DNA of 64,000 nt. Origin: Podarcis filfolensis. Lineage: Eukaryota. The translations under genes were made by a program, and so were the position numbers. The DNA lies in NCBI GenBank assembly GCA_964270895.1, contig OZ185436.1, one strand, 5' to 3'. The notes beneath the pieces are model-generated. The model was not told the origin of the DNA and did not search any database. It saw nothing but the letters and a program-made list of their open reading frames with translations. Below, piece by piece: positions 62,637 through 64,000 of the stretch. The stretch's first letter is position 1. Each line of letters starts with the position of its first letter.

Positions 62637-64000
62637 CCCTAAGTCAACAGCTAGATGGTATCAGATCTCATGTTTTAGTATGGGATGGGTTTAAATACAG
62701 AAATATGTATGCAAAGCACATGATCTACCACAAATCTATGAAAACTCCCTTTGTATACAGGTTGGGGAGAGGAATCTGAAGCAGTATTATGTGCACTAAA
62801 GGTATGAACACATTGGCACCTGGCCATTTTAGCATTTTCTAATTTTATAAGCAATCCAACAAGCAAGTCAATTTCACATAAATACTTTTTGGGAGCCTTT
62901 TCACTCTTCTATCACACAGGCAATACTGTGCCTTCCACAATATGACAACTTAAACTTTCAGTTCCTCTGATTTTTTTTTTATGTTGTCAATATGTTCTAC
63001 CAAAGCTTCCCTGCAAAAACAGGAGTCACGTTATCCCAAGGGGATTTTCTTTAATATTCCGTTTTTAGAGTGCAGTTTCTATAAAAATGTTTCATTTTCC
63101 AGAGTTTAAGCCATAAAATTGGTTACAATTTCCCATCACAAATCACTTTCCCCAACTTTTTACAAGACATTAAAATTTAATGTGTGATACATTTGATATT
63201 CCGCTGGATACACATTTTCTCCACTAATTATTTTGCTGGCAACATCTGTGTTCAGCAAATTGAAGTTCACTGAATAGGGTTACACTGTATTAATAAGCCT
63301 AAAATCTCTTAGTCCTGATGTTTAATTCATTGTTTTTATGAGTATTTCCAGGAGAAGATTTAATTTGTACATATTAAACACCCCAACCATGTAGCATCAT
63401 GCTCAGGATGTATTTCATTACCTATAATCCCTAGTAATAAATCTCAGGTAAACACACTCAACCTTCTATCCTTCTGTTCATTTTAGAAGGGAAAAAACCA
63501 CTAAATTCATTAAGGAGGAAAGTTAAAGATTCTTTGTTAAATAAAATACCATGTTTATTCTGCATGGACATCTAATTATCTCCTTTCGTTCCTTCAGTTC
63601 CCCAGCAAAGCTTCAACCACTTGGGGGGTAAATTCCATTGAACTCAATGGGACTTACTTTGGAGTAAGCATGTATAGAATTGTGCTGTTGTGGAATAAGG
63701 AAATGGTTCAGCATTTGCCATTAGGGGCAATATCTTCTAATCTAACTAATGATATGAATCCTCATGTCTGTCACAAGGGAAGAACTATACTTTAATGCAA
63801 TTAATTTCTATACACTATGCAGGCAGGTGGCAAATGAAATAAAATCTAATAAGGAATATTAGTAATAGGGAAATGAGCATTTACCAGAAATACAATTTCT
63901 CAGTGAAGCACAACACTTCTGGGGGAAATTAATCATCTATTTATTTAAAGCACTCAGCATTTTAAGAGTTTGTGTATCAAGGTCCGATTATAGGATTATC

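Noticed and set aside
1-64000. CRISPR arrays, rRNA, NUMTs, operon-like or viral gene clusters
   Set aside because: No regularly spaced repeat-spacer array, rRNA-like, mitochondrial-like or gene-dense segment was seen; the DNA is vertebrate and repeat-rich.

Overview
Eukaryotic (vertebrate) genomic DNA from a squamate reptile, probably a lacertid-type lizard. The taxon call rests on Sauria SINEs, Bov-B with (CAA)n tails, CR1, L2-tailed SINEs and a Penelope palindrome; family-level placement is from recall, not a search. I could not identify any host protein-coding gene. The window looks intronic or intergenic, and almost all ORF-track entries are chance ORFs, microsatellite read-throughs or transposon fragments. 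The interpretable content is mobile DNA: one 4.3-kb L1-clade LINE (minus strand; intact ORF1, decayed and 3'-truncated ORF2), five Sauria SINEs, three Bov-B pieces, CR1/L2/MIR remnants, four Tc1/mariner-type MITEs, several hAT MITEs with 8-bp TSDs, three or four solo or partial LTRs, and a Penelope inverted repeat containing a minimal hammerhead ribozyme. The most unusual structures are: (1) a TSD-bracketed Bov-B insertion at 43437-43936 that carries about 96 bp of unique flank copied from a second Bov-B 3.6 kb away, ends 26 nt after an AATAAA, and is capped by a second Bov-B tail; (2) a 5'-complete, 3'-truncated L1 with a 10-bp direct repeat on both sides; (3) an LTR U3 region encoding an acidic 129-aa ORF ending in an HMGN-like RRSARL motif. 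A few isolated candidate host exons and promoters are listed at low confidence.
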